DNA from: Antedon mediterranea
Lineage: Eukaryota > Animalia > Echinodermata
Direction of reading: 5' to 3'
Length of the DNA stretch: 64,000 bases
Assembly (NCBI RefSeq): GCF_964355755.1
Contig: NC_092675.1
Location: 26,942,912 to 27,006,911 of the forward strand
Every line of letters starts with the position of its first letter. The stretch's first letter is position 1. The position numbers and the translations under genes are program-made. This document shows positions 12,652 to 26,249 of the stretch, in pieces. Below the pieces are notes generated by a model. That model was not told where the DNA came from, searched no databases, and saw only the letters and a list, made by a program, of their open reading frames with translations.

Positions 12652-14341
12652 CTTGATGTGAAAATGAAAACAACAAATGTGATAAAAACACACTGAACTC
12701 AATGAATAAGTTAAGATTAACTTGGTTTATAAGTTTAGTTTTGATGGTTAAAATGCATTTCCTCCGGTAATTACGAAAGGTTATTGTAAGATTAGGAATA
12801 CACAGACCCCGCGATTAAGTTATTACAGCTAGAATAAAAGAACATATAATTTAAAGGAGAAAGAAATGTTTTCTATCCGTTCATAGAAGGATTTGGATAT
12901 TCCTTCCCTAGATATGCTTGCGGTTTTCTTACATTTAAAATGTTATCATAAAGAAGAGGGTATAACACGTGGAAGAATGGAATTTCACCCAAAAATAACA
13001 AGCCAAAAATTAACAAAGTAAATTTGTTTTGTATTTGAATCAGGCAATATACTATAATACTTTTTATTCAAGTAAAGTTAAGTAAATTACTTTTTTTTTT
13101 TAATTAAAATACAGTACATTGCAAAATAAAAGATCAATTAATATTGATATAACACCTTTTAACCTCCAATGACGGTTGGTATTTAATTCCATTTCCGTTT
13201 TGAATATATCAAACCGGATCTTTAAAACAATTCAAATTCAGTAATTTGAATTTAGTAATATATCAAATATAACGTATAATAACAAGAAGTCATAATTAAT
13301 CGTTCACAATTATTTTATGATATGTATTATTTTCCTTCGTCCTAAATAAATAAAATACAATTATTATAAATATTACTGTACTTTTTCATTAACCTTTTTA
13401 CTAATATCTGAGTAAAATAAGTAACTGCCCCACCCTTCATTTCAATCCGTGTAATTTCTAATCATTCTCAATTTCGTCGTCGTTCGCTTTTCTGAAATAG
13501 GCCTAACCATCTTCTTATGACATTTGGTAGTATTCCATTACTTCCAGTTGATATTATAATAGGCCTACTACAAATTTTTTTAAATTTTTGAGATCATCGT
13601 CAACCTTTAACCAGACATATGTCCTAGTATCTATTTTTTTTTCTTTTTTTTAAAGACTTTCGACTACCTTTAGACTGCCTCTATAGTATGGTCTTTTTGT
13701 ACCTATCAAGAACTGATGGAAAATGTTGACCATTATGTTTCGAAGGTGCATCATACATACATGTATATGTGTGAATTTTAGTCAATTATCAGTAATAGGG
13801 CCTATATTCAATTTAATACCGTCAGAAAGAGTGACTTGATTCTATTACCATTATATAATATCATGCATAGGCTTCTTGCCCTCATTATAACCAAACCTTC
13901 CAGAATTAAGAATTTGATAGGTGTAGCACATGTGATTCTGATCACGGAACTTGCCTATACTGGACAATCTGCCAATCCACACTCATGTTGATTTGTTCAA
14001 TCAATGACCATGTATGTAGATTATAATTTGAATGCGTGCTCTAATTTTGAGTAAACAGTTTAATATTAGGTCCTGTTACTGGATCATAAATGCATCAAGC
14101 TATAGCACCTATTATTACCTTGGATCAAGTTCTTAAGACCATTCATAAGTACCCGATTTCTACAACCACAAAGTTAGGAGTTTACAAAAAAAATAACCAT
14201 CCATAATTACGTTTAACAGAAGCAGCTATAGATGGAACCATTTTATGACAAAATAAACATTCTTTAATTGTTATATATAAATATAATATTGATAAAATAA
14301 AAGTTAAATTGTTCAAAATTAGCTGTAATTGCTGAATCTCT

Positions 14342-14663
14342 ATGTTAATTTACTATATTTATATAATCATTTAGAATTTATCTTAAGCTTATATATTAGT
14401 AAATTACGATACCTAAAACGTTTTAAGATTTAAATAGAGAATAAAAACCAGTAAACATATAATACTATCTAGCTAATTCACAAAACATATGTTATTATTT
14501 CTCCATGTTAATTTACTATATTTATATAATCATTTAGAATTTATCTTAAGCTTATATATTAGTAAATTACGATACCTAAAACGTTTTAAGATTTAAATAG
14601 AGAATAAAAACCAGTAAACATATAATACTATCTAGCTAATTCACAAAACATATGTTATTATTT
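14342..14663. repeat. near-perfect 163-bp tandem duplication
   Basis: atgttaatttactatatt...catatgttattatt occurs at 14342 and again at 14505. Confidence 0.9.
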
Positions 14664-15141
14664 TGAATTTTTCAAAATAAATCCCTTTTATACGATAATA
14701 TTAATTGTTTGTTTACTGTAAAACTACTTGAAAATGGCTTTACTAAAGTAAATAATTAATTCCTAAAACATATTGGGTCTTATTGCGAGAATAACACATC
14801 TGCTGTTTCTATCTTATAACATTTTTCAATCAGTTTTGTAATATTATCATACAATATTACACATTATTGTTCTAAACTGCTTCTCCCATTCAACGTACAC
14901 ACTAAAGTTTATTAAAACTAAAAAATAAATAATTTACAAATTATAATTTTATTTCAGACATAGTCTTTCGTAAAATGGTAAACATACTTAACTTTGAAAA
15001 TACGTTTCATTAAATAATACTTTTAAACAGACAAAAATGAAATAATGGGAACAAATTGTGTAAAGTGTAGTTTCGGAAGATGGACACTGTGAATGAATGT
15101 TCATCGTGTCTATTTTGAAACGTACCTGTGCACGTGTCGAA

Positions 15142-15394
15142 GGCATGGTTAAACGCCTGCCATAAACGCGTCATCACACAATCTAAGTTGACGAACGGAT
15201 TAGTTGAACGCCTGCCATAAACGCGTCATCATACTATGTATGTTGACGAAAGGATTAGTTGAACGCCTGACATAAACGCGTCATCACACAATGTATGTTG
15301 ATGAAAGGATTAGTTGAACGCCTGCCATAAAGGCGTCATCACACAATGTATGTTGACGAAAGGATTAGTTGAACGCCTGACATAAACGTGTCAT
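15142..15394. repeat. 55-bp minisatellite (~4.5 copies) overlapping the stop codon of paralog A2
   Basis: ggattagttgaacgcctg at 15197, 15252, 15307, 15362 (period 55), degenerate copy at 15142. Confidence 0.9.
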
Positions 15395-16759
15395 TACGGT
15401 TTGTTCTGAAAATGTACCTGTGCCGTCTCTAATCAAGTACACAACGCACGTTGAGGAAGGGATTAGTTCGGTAGAGCAGCTGCAAGTAGATCCGACACAT
15501 TCAGTGTCTAAGCAAGTTGATTCGTAGAAGAATTGAGCCATTTGGAAACCATTTGCAGATGTGGGCTATCAACAAATTAAAAAAAAAGTTTCGATTTAAA
15601 AAAAAAATTTTAATCATTGGATTATTATACTGCTTATTGAAAGTAAACATGAACTAAGAAATATACAGATATTTTTTTGTCCGAATCTGCTCTAACTTAT
15701 TTTGAAGGACTATAAGACTAATATTCGTACATCATACACTTCATAAAAATAATTGGTGTTGATTCTAGAAATGATTACCTGCGGAATGTAAACAAGCTCC
15801 CCATCTGTGTTATAAGCAATAAACAATTGTTGGTTATTTTCCACAACAGCCCGACAGACAGACGTTCCAGCCGTCTGTCGACGTCTTCTGCGCATTGGTT
15901 GGTATTTTCTAAAAGTAATAAGTGTTAAAGTTAACTTTAAATTATATGCATAAAAGGGCGTAAATAATGTGATAATGCTGAGAATTTATAGAGATTTAAA
16001 GGTAGGCCTGCAGCTGAAAAAAATAAAAGTCAACCAAGTGGTCTCTACCATCAACGCAATGACAGTGTATGAAGAAAATAATTAAACCAATCTTTACTTT
16101 AATCCAGAAAAAATAGTAATCTTTTTAAATAATATTTTGTGTTTATATGAAATGAACTACTTTTACTTAATAATGGAAACTACTACAAAAGGCAGCTTAC
16201 AAACAATTATTTTACAAACACATATCCACATATCAATGAATACACAATAATAAAAACTATAACGATTAGATTATAGTTTTTGTTTAATATATAAATTCAT
16301 CGGCTCTTTGTGGAAGTGGTATGAATTCTTAAGACAACAATTATAAGTGTATATAAGGCTTTCATGAAATAAATAAGTGATGCAGAAGAACCATATTTTG
16401 AGCCTTCTACATGCCGGGAAGAGATTTATGCTAGGCCTTCCAGAAACTTACTCTTGTACTTGTTCAACACATTCAGCAATATCTACAGGGTTTCGAAAAC
16501 TTCCTTTGAAGCGTTGGGCTAAAGCAACAATCTGGGAATCCGTAAGCTGTATAATAGGCTGCGTCAGATTTAGCATACATTCCAATCTCTCGTCACATGG
16601 CAAGCTATCTAGATAGTCTGCAAATATTGTTAGCGTGTTCATTTGCTAGGTTGTTAGTTCAACACGCGGGAAAACCGAAGTGGTCTCAGTACAACAACAA
16701 GCATAGCTTCCATGCGCGAAAATTACAACCAACGCCAAATACTTCAGTAAGTATATCAT
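15365..16759 (-). pseudogene. neurotrophin-like paralog A2 with in-frame TAG at codon 38 (pseudogene, null allele or sequencing error)
   Basis: Exons 16759-16452, 15908-15779, 15565-15365, splice sites intact. MIYLLKYLALVVIFAHGSYACCCTETTSVFPRVELTT*QMNT... with TAG at 16648-16646 where A3 has Glu; RRRRR site; mature TSVCRAV...YIPQ|PTSANGFQMAQFFYESTCLDTECVGSTCSCSTELIPSSTCVVY...MTRLCQAFN*. Confidence 0.82.
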
Positions 16760-17809
16760 TGTAAGAAATTAATAAATTAAATATGTAGGTTAGATAATGA
16801 ACAGTCGTGTTTGTCAGTAGAGTATAACTACTATTAGTAGGTAACAGGGCGGCAAAGCAAAACCCTACAGTATCCTGTATGTCCAGAAGTGTTCACACAA
16901 ATGATGACAAGAATCGCCTAGCAAATCATGACCGGTAAATATTCTTTAAGACAGTTTAAGGGCGATCCTATTGAGTAGAATTATACCACTTATATAAACA
17001 CTTAAGCATGGTAATTCATTCCGTGGCATCAATGATTTAACTAAAAGATTAACACGTATTTTCTATTATACAAATCGCCAACAGTAATTGTAAGTGAGTG
17101 AGAAGGAATGTAGGTCACAATACACTGACTTAAATCCGGTTTATGAATAACGATGACAATCTAAATTTCATTTTATTTAGGTATTTGTTTTGTGGTTACT
17201 TACTGATTCTAATTCACCTAAATTCTCCGAAATAAACGAACACACCATGGTAACTATCTACCAGGTTTAATATTCGTTTAAAAATGATAACGCATTCGCT
17301 ATCCTGTATGAATACCTTCACATTATATTTACGAGGACTTTATGACTTACAGAAGTTAGCAGGCCTATACAATGTTACGACATGGTGTGGCTGTGTTTAT
17401 TCACTTTAATTGTAATCAATATACTATATTGATTTGCACGAAAATTAGTTTTGCTTAATTTTGTAGCTGTATTGTTATAATCATAATAATAACAGCAAAA
17501 CGTTCACATTCCGACCGACACAAATCTATCACTTACAGCTAAAAAGAAAGAAAATACATACAATGTATTATGTTAATGAAATACTTTAATAATGTTGTTA
17601 CATTTTAAAATACATTTTAACTTGAATTTTACAAAAGAATATAAAATAATTGGCTTCACTGTTATATAACCAATTTGTATTTATTATTATCACACAATTA
17701 ACATATATTTTATAGAGACTGGATAATTATTTTACTTTTTCTATCTCCTTCCTATGTTCCTATGTTATAGTTTTATGAATAGAAAAAAAGTTGAATTGAA
17801 TAATTATCA

Positions 17810-19150
17810 TTATGTAAATGCATTACATCTACGGGTCATTATGGTCTGCTGTGTAAATGTATTTGTGTTCCCCTGAATTACATGTACAATGCATGTTGAA
17901 GATGGAATAAGGTCAGTGGAGCAGCTACACGCAGGACCATCGCACCCAGCATCCAAGCAAACCGATTCGTAGAAAAACTGTGCCATTTGAAACCCATTGC
18001 CTGTTGTAGGCTGTAGAAATAGAAAGAGTGTTTGACTTCATTAATAAATGAAATGAATGTTTTTGTTTAAATTATGTTAATAATTTATATTAGACCTATA
18101 CGTAATAAAGTTTGGTTCCAACTCTTGCCCGCAAGGAGATGACGTATGCGCAACGCAAGTGGGTTGACCAATCACAAACGAATGTTTGTATGATCCATCG
18201 CGTCGTGATTGGTAAATTTACTTAGCGGCGCGCTTAAGTTCTTGCGTTTCGTCCTAGTGGGAACCAAGCCTAAGCCTACTGCTTGTTGAAGTACTGTGTT
18301 TTAGTGAATGCGGTACCATGTACTTACCTGTGGAATGTACACAAGTTCTCCATTTTTATTGTAAGCAACAAATAGCATTTTATTATCCTCCACAGTTGCG
18401 CGGCACACTGGAGTTCCATCGGTTGCTCGACGTTTTCTGGATGGTCGAGGTTGTTCAATTCTATTAGATAATAAAAACAGAAAAAGCAAATTCAGTTTGA
18501 TAAATTAGTTTTAAACAACAATGTAGACCACACTAATGCATTTCAGTCTGCAAAAATGTTTTGAACAAACTTTAAGTTTAGAAAGAAAAGTTCGGCAGTG
18601 CATCAATTTCAGTGAATGAATTATAATACCTTTTTATTCAATTTAAAGAGACACAATGAGAGAAATAATCTGCTGTTTTTAGTCTACACTAGATAACTCG
18701 GAGTTTACAGACTAAAAGTTGCTATTGTAGACTTCTGCAGTTTGTCAACTGATTTACATCAAACCTTTTGCTAGGCTAGTTTTAAAGAATTTATCCAGAC
18801 AGTGGAAACATTCGCTAAAGTAAAGCTAAGTAAAGTTTGATTATAGCAACTCACATTGGTTCTTGACATGGTCCAACATCGGAGGCTTCCTGGAAACTTC
18901 CACCATAACGCTGAGCTAAACCAACCATTTGTGAATCCGAAAGTTGTATAGGTGGTTGTGTCATATTGTAGGTACGGTTCATTCGTTGATCACATGGTAA
19001 ACTTTCCAAAAAATTCGCCAAGTTTATCAGTTGCTGTTTTTGTTCGTTCGTTAATTCAACTCGTGGAAACACCGAAGCAGATTCCGAACAACAACAAGTT
19101 GCATAACTTCCATGTATAAATGTTAACATCAAAATAACAACCTTTAACAT
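17810..19150 (-). CDS. secreted neurotrophin/Spaetzle-like precursor, paralog A3 (209 aa)
   Basis: Exons 19150-18855, 18460-18328, 18010-17810 (phases 2,0). Signal peptide, SRKRR site, mature GTPVCRATV...NKNGELVYIPQ|PTTGNGFQMAQFFYESVCLDAGCDGPACSCSTDLIPSSTCIVHV...MTRRCNAFT*. Confidence 0.88.
18111..18270. mobile_element. MITE with aagcttggttcccactag-type terminal inverted repeats (degenerate copy in A3 intron 2)
   Basis: ttggttcca...tgggaaccaa termini and internal gaccaatcac/gtgattggt inverted block shared with copies at 32137, 50679 and 54315. Confidence 0.7.
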
Positions 19151-19816
19151 GTTGATTGTAATCGGGCTGAAATTATAAAACTCAAATTGTTCTAATAATT
19201 TTCAGTTATAAAATTTTCGTTCCGCCTATAATGATAATACTTATCTCAAACGGTCCTTACTCCATACGATGATTCAATCGCAAATAATATCTAAACGTCA
19301 ATGATTTATTTTAGTGGATGTTTATAAATTCAACCTTCAGACTGACAATAGGCCTAATCGCCAAACCAAGAACATTTTTTTCATTATTTAATCATATTTT
19401 GCACACCGCTTCCAAAACGGCTTATATTTGGACTTACAAGGACACTTAACGAATCTTTGGTGTTAGCAGGGAAGAGTGAAGGTGTTAGTATCATAAATAA
19501 TCTGTATTAAGTAGGCCCACTTTTAGTTCAATTTAATAAGTCAATTTTAGTCTTGGAATTTAAAGAATGTTAACGTTATCTTTGTTAAAGATACACTATA
19601 TTCGATGCTTGAGTCTGTTCCAACGGAAATCCTCTGATAGAATATTAAGATTTTTTCAGTACTACCGGCTTAGTTTATGATTAAAATTGAAAAGAAAAGT
19701 TACATTTGTTGTACCATTAACGATCTAAATAAAATATACTCTGTATAATAAAAAAAAAACATTTGAAAGAGGACTTGGACAAACATATCAAAATGCTGCA
19801 GTGTAAGCTATTATAG

Positions 19817-19942
19817 TTTTATTAATCGCGTACAACGCGACTCTACAGTTCACTATGTCGGTCGGACGGTCGGTCGGTTGGTCGGTCGGTAAACACTAAC
19901 TCAAATTTGAGAACGCGACTGATGCCATTTATATGGCCTTGT
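19817..19942 (+). mobile_element. short deleted copy of DINE/Helentron-like element with (GTCG)n microsatellite
   Basis: Head tcgcgtacaacgcgactctacagttcactatgtcggtcgg and tail cgcgact...atggccttgt match the full copies at 45603 and 57466. Confidence 0.6.
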
Positions 19943-20329
19943 CTTTTATTGTCAAAAGTAATGTTCATCATTTTTACAGCAAGGTGAGTGATTCTTTAAT
20001 TCTTTTTTTCTCTTTTGTGGTGTAAACTACCACTTTTATTCGTTCAAATACATTAAAGATGTTCGGTAATACTTTTCTTTTCTATTACCCTCCTTTTTTC
20101 ATAATTTTCTTGAATTTACACATAATTATGAATCACTACAAAATCATAACAACGAACATTTAACATGGAACTGCTGAATACAATATCAATGTATTTAAAA
20201 ATAAATGTTAACTTGTTTGATAAACCAGTTGCCAAGTACTTACTTGCTACGTTTCGGCTATTTTCAGTAGCCTTGGTCACGCAAATGGCGTTGACATGAT
20301 GTTCTGTCATTCGTCAGGGTTAACATTTA

Positions 20330-21196
20330 TTTTTAGTCGCGTGGACGCGACTCAATAGTTCACTATGTCGGTCGGTCGGTCTGTCGGTCTGTCTGTCGGT
20401 CCGATATCACTATGCGGTTTATCGCTTTTCTGTACTTTTTGAACTATTTTGATGTACAGACAAGTTTTAATTATGTCGGTCGGTCTGTCGGTCGGTCGGT
20501 CGGTCGGTTGGTCGGTCCGGTATCACTTTGCGTTTTATCGCTTTTTCTGTACTTTTTGAACTGTTTTGATGTACAGACAAGTTTTAACTATGTCGGTCGG
20601 TCGGTCGGTCGGTCCGGTATCACTTTGCGTTTTATCGCTTTTTCTGTACTTTTTGAACTGTTTTCATGTACAGACAAGTTTTAAAGTACTTTTCTGAGAC
20701 TTCTGTACATTTCTGAGACTTCTGTACATTTATAAGACTTATGTACATTTCTGATACTTTTTCTAAGGCATTACATTTCTAAGTTGTTCTGTCACTTTAA
20801 GTTATTATATACGGGCTGTTGTGTCATTTAATATTCTATCTAAGCTTCCTAACAGAAAAGAGTTCACTGTGCTTGTTTATTAAAAGAGCAAGAACAACAG
20901 CAAGAAACAGCAAGAGCAAAGTTTATATATTATATAACATTTTATTCATGCAAAACAAGAAACAGCAAGAGCAAAGTTTATATATTATATAACATTTTAT
21001 TCATGCAAAACAAGACAGTTTGCAGCATGGTCAGAGTAGTAAGGCCAATGTGTAAAGAGTTCAAAACCTCTCTCTGATCTGATGTAAACATGATCAATAA
21101 GTCCCCCCTTTTTCATGGGTTGGATATTGCACAGACTGACTTTTTGAAAGTTCATTTTTTTCTGAGAGCACGCGAATTATGGCTGTTGGCCTTGTT
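20330..21196 (+). mobile_element. DINE/Helentron-like non-autonomous element with (GTCG/GTCT)n and internal repeats
   Basis: 5' ttttagtcgcgtggacgcgact hairpin, three tandem ~115-bp cores with GTCG microsatellite, 3' cacgcga...atggctgttggccttgtt. Confidence 0.7.
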
Positions 21197-22697
21197 AAAT
21201 ATCCATTTGAAACCAGATGAAATTTTTTGAGAATATCAATCTAGGCCACTCGAATTCTCTGCCTTATCATTACATAGTAATTATTATTCATCATAAACTA
21301 GTATCTTTAATAATGTTGCTCTACTATTTCATTTAGGCCTATAATGTTATGTATCATATTTATAAAGTAGTAAAATTATATCCAGTTTGGTCCAGGGTGG
21401 TTGGTGGTGCATTGCGTTTATTGACATTTGCATGCGTTTCTGGTGGAAAGAATGTTAATTGTGACAGGAAACGTGTTAATCATATTATCATTTTAGAAAT
21501 GTTGAATATTCTAATATGACACCTAGTATATATGTATGTGTTTAACTATTAAATATCTCTCTTCTCGGTTAAAGGTTTGCATGGCGAATAAACACCAGTC
21601 ACAAAGTTTGTTTTCCAAAGGAAATGAAGTATGGTTGAGAAAATGTCTCGAGGACCCGGTTGTTATGCTACAGCCGGTCGGTCTTCATTCGATGTCGCTG
21701 TTTGTCTAACTGTCTGTCTGTATTTTAGGCGTGGTACCAATTTCTCACACATGATGCAATTGATAATTGTTCGGTACTATTGTTTTAATAATATCAGGGA
21801 AAAATAATTTCATTCTTCCCTGAGTATAGGCCTGCACAATGTTTACGGTATCTAATGAAGTGGTATCCGATGCTTTTCATCCGGTGCTCTACCTATTTGA
21901 TTGTGGATAACTGTAATTAGTCCAATGCATTGATCCAGATAATAAATATGTAACTCATTGAGAATGTAGGCAGTTCTAGTGAATGTGGTGGTATTAGTGG
22001 TTTTCACCATGTGTTTTATGTATTACAGTCCCACAATAGGCCTATTTATTTCTTTTTTAGAAGGAGAAATACATTCAGAGAGAAAACAATCTATTGAAAT
22101 TAGTTAATAAATCAAGGGTTGAACCATGAAAACATTGAAATAACCGTCGTCCTTGCTCCTACTCACTCTAGCGTGGACTGCCAATTACTGCAATTAACTT
22201 GTCTGATGCTCAGCAACCGGCATTCAAAATTGCGGCAGGGTAGACTCCTTTGAATGGGACAGTAATCCTGTCGATACCAGGGAGTTCCCCATTTCATTAC
22301 GGATTAATTAATCTGCAGGATGCTCGAAATATTTCTTTGAGCTTTTTAAGCGGCATGATGTATTCCACTATGCACAGCACAACATTGTCAATGAAATACG
22401 TTTCATCTAACACGTCGGCACACACGGATTGATAACGCGCATGTGCTACAACATAATTACAAATATTTAAAAGTAAAGGTAAATTTCTTTCGTACTCTAC
22501 ATTCGTTTAAGCCAATAAGTAGGAAAATCCGGAATCATGGTTCCGGTCCGTTTCTGCTTTGAAGTACAAATTATTATCTTGTTATTTTAAGATTTCAAGA
22601 GATCTCAAACGTAAGAGTTTACACTCAGTAGAAGGCCTATTCGCATTAGGCTAAAAAGGATAAACCTGTAAAAAATAAACATTTGCTATAGTTTATA

Positions 22698-25600
22698 ATG
22701 TTGTCTATTTTCCAAATGCTATTGTGTTGTGTGTCAATACCGGGCACCATGTCTTGTTGGAGTACATCAGATTGCCCCGTGTGCCCCGTGACAGACTCTG
22801 ATGGAGAACAGAAGCCAACTACTACACAGCCCAGCTTAACTTTGATCTCCGGTGTAGAAGCATCACCACCCATACTCTCGAATGAACAGTCAGACATCCT
22901 TCGACAATTAGGTGACCAACTAGACAGCCTGTCGTGCGAAGAATTAGAGAATACTATCTATAATACCACACGACTTCCTTTACCACCGATAGAGTTAGAT
23001 GTCAGCCAGGCCATGATTCTCATAGACATTTTTCCTGAACTTAAAAAAACCAATGCAGATAGGCCTACAGAAAACGAGATAAATGCTTGTAACGAGTTTG
23101 AGTAAGTTTAAATATTAATTCATAATAAATATAAAACAATTATAAATGTTGAATGTCGACAATTCAGGCTATAGATTTACACTATCATTCATTATTAAAT
23201 TTGGTATGTTTTCAAGTATTTATTTATTTGTTTAGTTTATGTATTACGATGCCTGAATTCTTTAAAACAATGTAGGCCTAACTGTATATATCTTTCTTTT
23301 TTACAGAACTGACTTTTTGAAAAGTGTTAACGCCGCAAACGTGTGTGCATTTGATACCGCAGATATAGCCCTTAACCTTGCGCTAGATAAGCATGGATTC
23401 CCCGTTTATGTTACACAGGTAGGCCTCGCTAAGTAGTTTTCTCACCCACTTCTCTTGATTTAGACTGATAATAATAAAGCCGAGTGTTTCGATATTTGAG
23501 GGAACTTTCGATTTTCGACGACCGACTATTTACTCTAAAATACATGTTATTAATGGGATACAATGTTAAATTTAAATAAAATTAATTTTTGTTAACCAGA
23601 AACAAGTTCAATATAGGCCTAGAAATATTATTAAAAATATCCTTCGTGAAAACGCGTGAACACCACGTCCGGTAGGCATTATTGTTTTTCCTATAAGGTT
23701 AAGGCTGAAACTATAGAGGGCCTGAATCCATACATGAATGTTCATGATGTGACGGAAACCCTGGAAATAATTTTTACGCAGTTTAACCGAAAATGATCCG
23801 TGCAAAAACACAATAAAAATAAAAACGTTATAACATATTATGTTGCTTATGTTTCTGAAATATTTATTAAATGAATATATATTACAAATTAAAACTCACA
23901 CATAACCTTACAATCAATAGCTATGCCTACATATTAACGGATTCTGCCAAAAAAGAAAGAAAATTAATTCAGCAACGCGACAACGTCAGGCTAGGCCTAT
24001 AGCTAGCGTACGATGTTCGTACGCTACCGCTCTTTACCAGCTAGGCCTACAAAACTAAGCCCAACTAGGCCTAGAAACGTCTACGAGAGAAATTCCGACG
24101 CGAGCTACTTAGGTAGTGTATTGTTTTTCTCTTTTGTCATAATAGAACGCACACTGATGACAAGAAATTATCTAAGATTTAATGTTTTTAAAGTTATATA
24201 ATTTATATGCATTATTTTTACAAAACGCCACAAATTGCAGGTCTAGTGTCTTGAACATCGAGAGAAAAAGAGTACAGTAACTTACTTCGAAGAATATCAC
24301 AAGAATGAGTAATCCGCGATTTTCCCTGTAACATAACAGTAATATTGTCCATGTGGAAGGGCGCCGCCATAAGTGAGGATGTATCTGGGATATATACAAC
24401 TTTTTGTGACGGTTTCACTAATCAAAGGCTGGACCACCGGTAGTATTTTCATGATAAAAAATGTTATCAACTACATGCCAACATCATGTTAAATGCTGTT
24501 TGGATATTTAATTGTTTGTTGGATGCAATTTATTTAGTAAAAACTGCCGTATAAAAAATTCGCTTTATCAACCGGGCGCTACGATAGCGTGACCGGGCGT
24601 GTTGGTGTTTACGCGTTTTCACGAAGGATAGTTTAATAATAATATTCCTATATTTAACTTGTTTCTGGTAAAACAAATAAATGTTAATGAAATTTAACAT
24701 TTTATCCTATTAATAACATGTATTTTATACTAATTTGTATCATAAAAACAATACTTAATTTACCGGGCGTAGGGTAGTACGCGGCAATGGTAAAGAATAG
24801 GCCGTGCTGAGTAACGATTCGTTGATTTTTGGTGTTGTTGTGTTAGGCCTTTTTTGTGAACTAATTTAGCATGTTAGTAAATAATTGTCTGTAAAAGTGA
24901 ATGTACACTAGGTTGTTAATAAATTTGTATTATGAAATAGTTTACAATTGCAAAATATATTATCATAATTCTATTTAATGTGACATGTATAATATCTATC
25001 AAATCAAGTCTTATTTGGTATGTATACATCCGCCCTTATGAGGGCGGGCATCACTCTCTGGAGCTCTCTGTTGCAAATTTCTCATGCAAAAATCGCGGAA
25101 TACTCATTTTTGTGATATATATTCTTTGCTTACTCCGTAAATCAGACAGTGGGTTTTGCCAGTATCACGTCATGAGCTCAGACATGCATCATGAATATGC
25201 ATGATATATGAACGCCCTCTATAGTTTCTGTCTTAACCTAATAGCAAAAAAAATAATACGCCCGGTAGCGCCCGGTTGATGAAGCAAACTGTTTATTCGG
25301 CAGTTTTTACTAAATAAATTGCATTAAAACAAACAATAAATATCCAAACAGCATTTAACATAATGGTGGCATGACATTTTTTTATCATAAAACATTATTA
25401 TAGCATATATCTCAGCCTAAGCCCAATCAAATCATCCTATCCAAATCTTTAGTCTGAGCCCACTATAAGCAAGTTGCTCAGGCGAGTAAATTCTGACAAT
25501 GTGCTGCGTAGGCCTAGCTAGGCCTATAAACTTTTAATTTTAATTTTTAATTGATATTTCCAAAAGATTTTGTAATAGCGAACATGTTTTAGTTGCCATT

Positions 25601-26249
25601 TCTCGAAAGAAAATGTTACGCTTGATCGAACGAAAACACGGCAGGTCAGTTTGTTGTGTGACCCGCACGAGGTCATCCCATGCATATTTAATGAGTTTCG
25701 TCGCGACAGACTCAAGCGTGTGTATTGTAGTGTATATCCTATTTCGTTTTCTATTCCTTATATGTATCAGATATACAGTATGTAAGTTATTTTCAGAAAT
25801 AAATTTGATCAAATCAAATCATCATTATGTTTTACTATTGTTTTTATAAGAACTTTTTTCTTTGTGGGTTTTTTTTGTGAGTCACCCTGCACCAAAGATT
25901 ATAATAAAGCGCCGTATTAATTTAAAAAAAGTTATTGATATTTTAAGTATACATTGGTAGAAGTATTTATTTAATCGAAGAATATTCGTAATGTGTAACG
26001 TAAATTTCATCTTTAACAAATTTAGTTTTTTTTGTGTTATATTCACACTCACAGGACACGCGATACAACCTTCTACAAATGTTTCAAGAAAACCTTTGCT
26101 TGAGTACTGACTGCGGGGGAGGCTTACAATGCTCTTGCAACAATCAATTGACACACAACGCAAGGGCTGTTGTAAGTTATCTGAAAGGGAATGATTTCAG
26201 ATTCTACAAAGCAGACATACAGTTACGTTCTTGTTCAGGTTTTGTATAG
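22698..26249 (+). CDS. secreted neurotrophin/Spaetzle-like precursor, paralog B1 (236 aa)
   Basis: Exons 22698-23101, 23307-23418, 26055-26249 (phases 2,0). Signal-like MLSIFQMLLCCVSIPGTMS; mature ANVCAF...LALDKHGFPVYVTQ|DTRYNLLQMFQENLCLSTDCGGGLQCSCNNQL...ARAVVSY...IQLRSCSGFV*. Confidence 0.87.
23537..25395. repeat. interleaved inverted repeats (foldback-type insertion) in B1 intron 2
   Basis: 23537-23665 is inverted at 24603-24728; ~24450-24600 is inverted at ~25260-25395; ~24270-24380 resembles the reverse of ~25020-25130. The block is absent from the paralogous B2 intron (575 bp versus 2636 bp). Confidence 0.7.

Noticed and set aside
15142-15394. Regularly spaced repeats resembling a CRISPR array
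   Set aside because: Whole 55-bp units repeat with no unique spacers, the context is eukaryotic and there are no cas genes.
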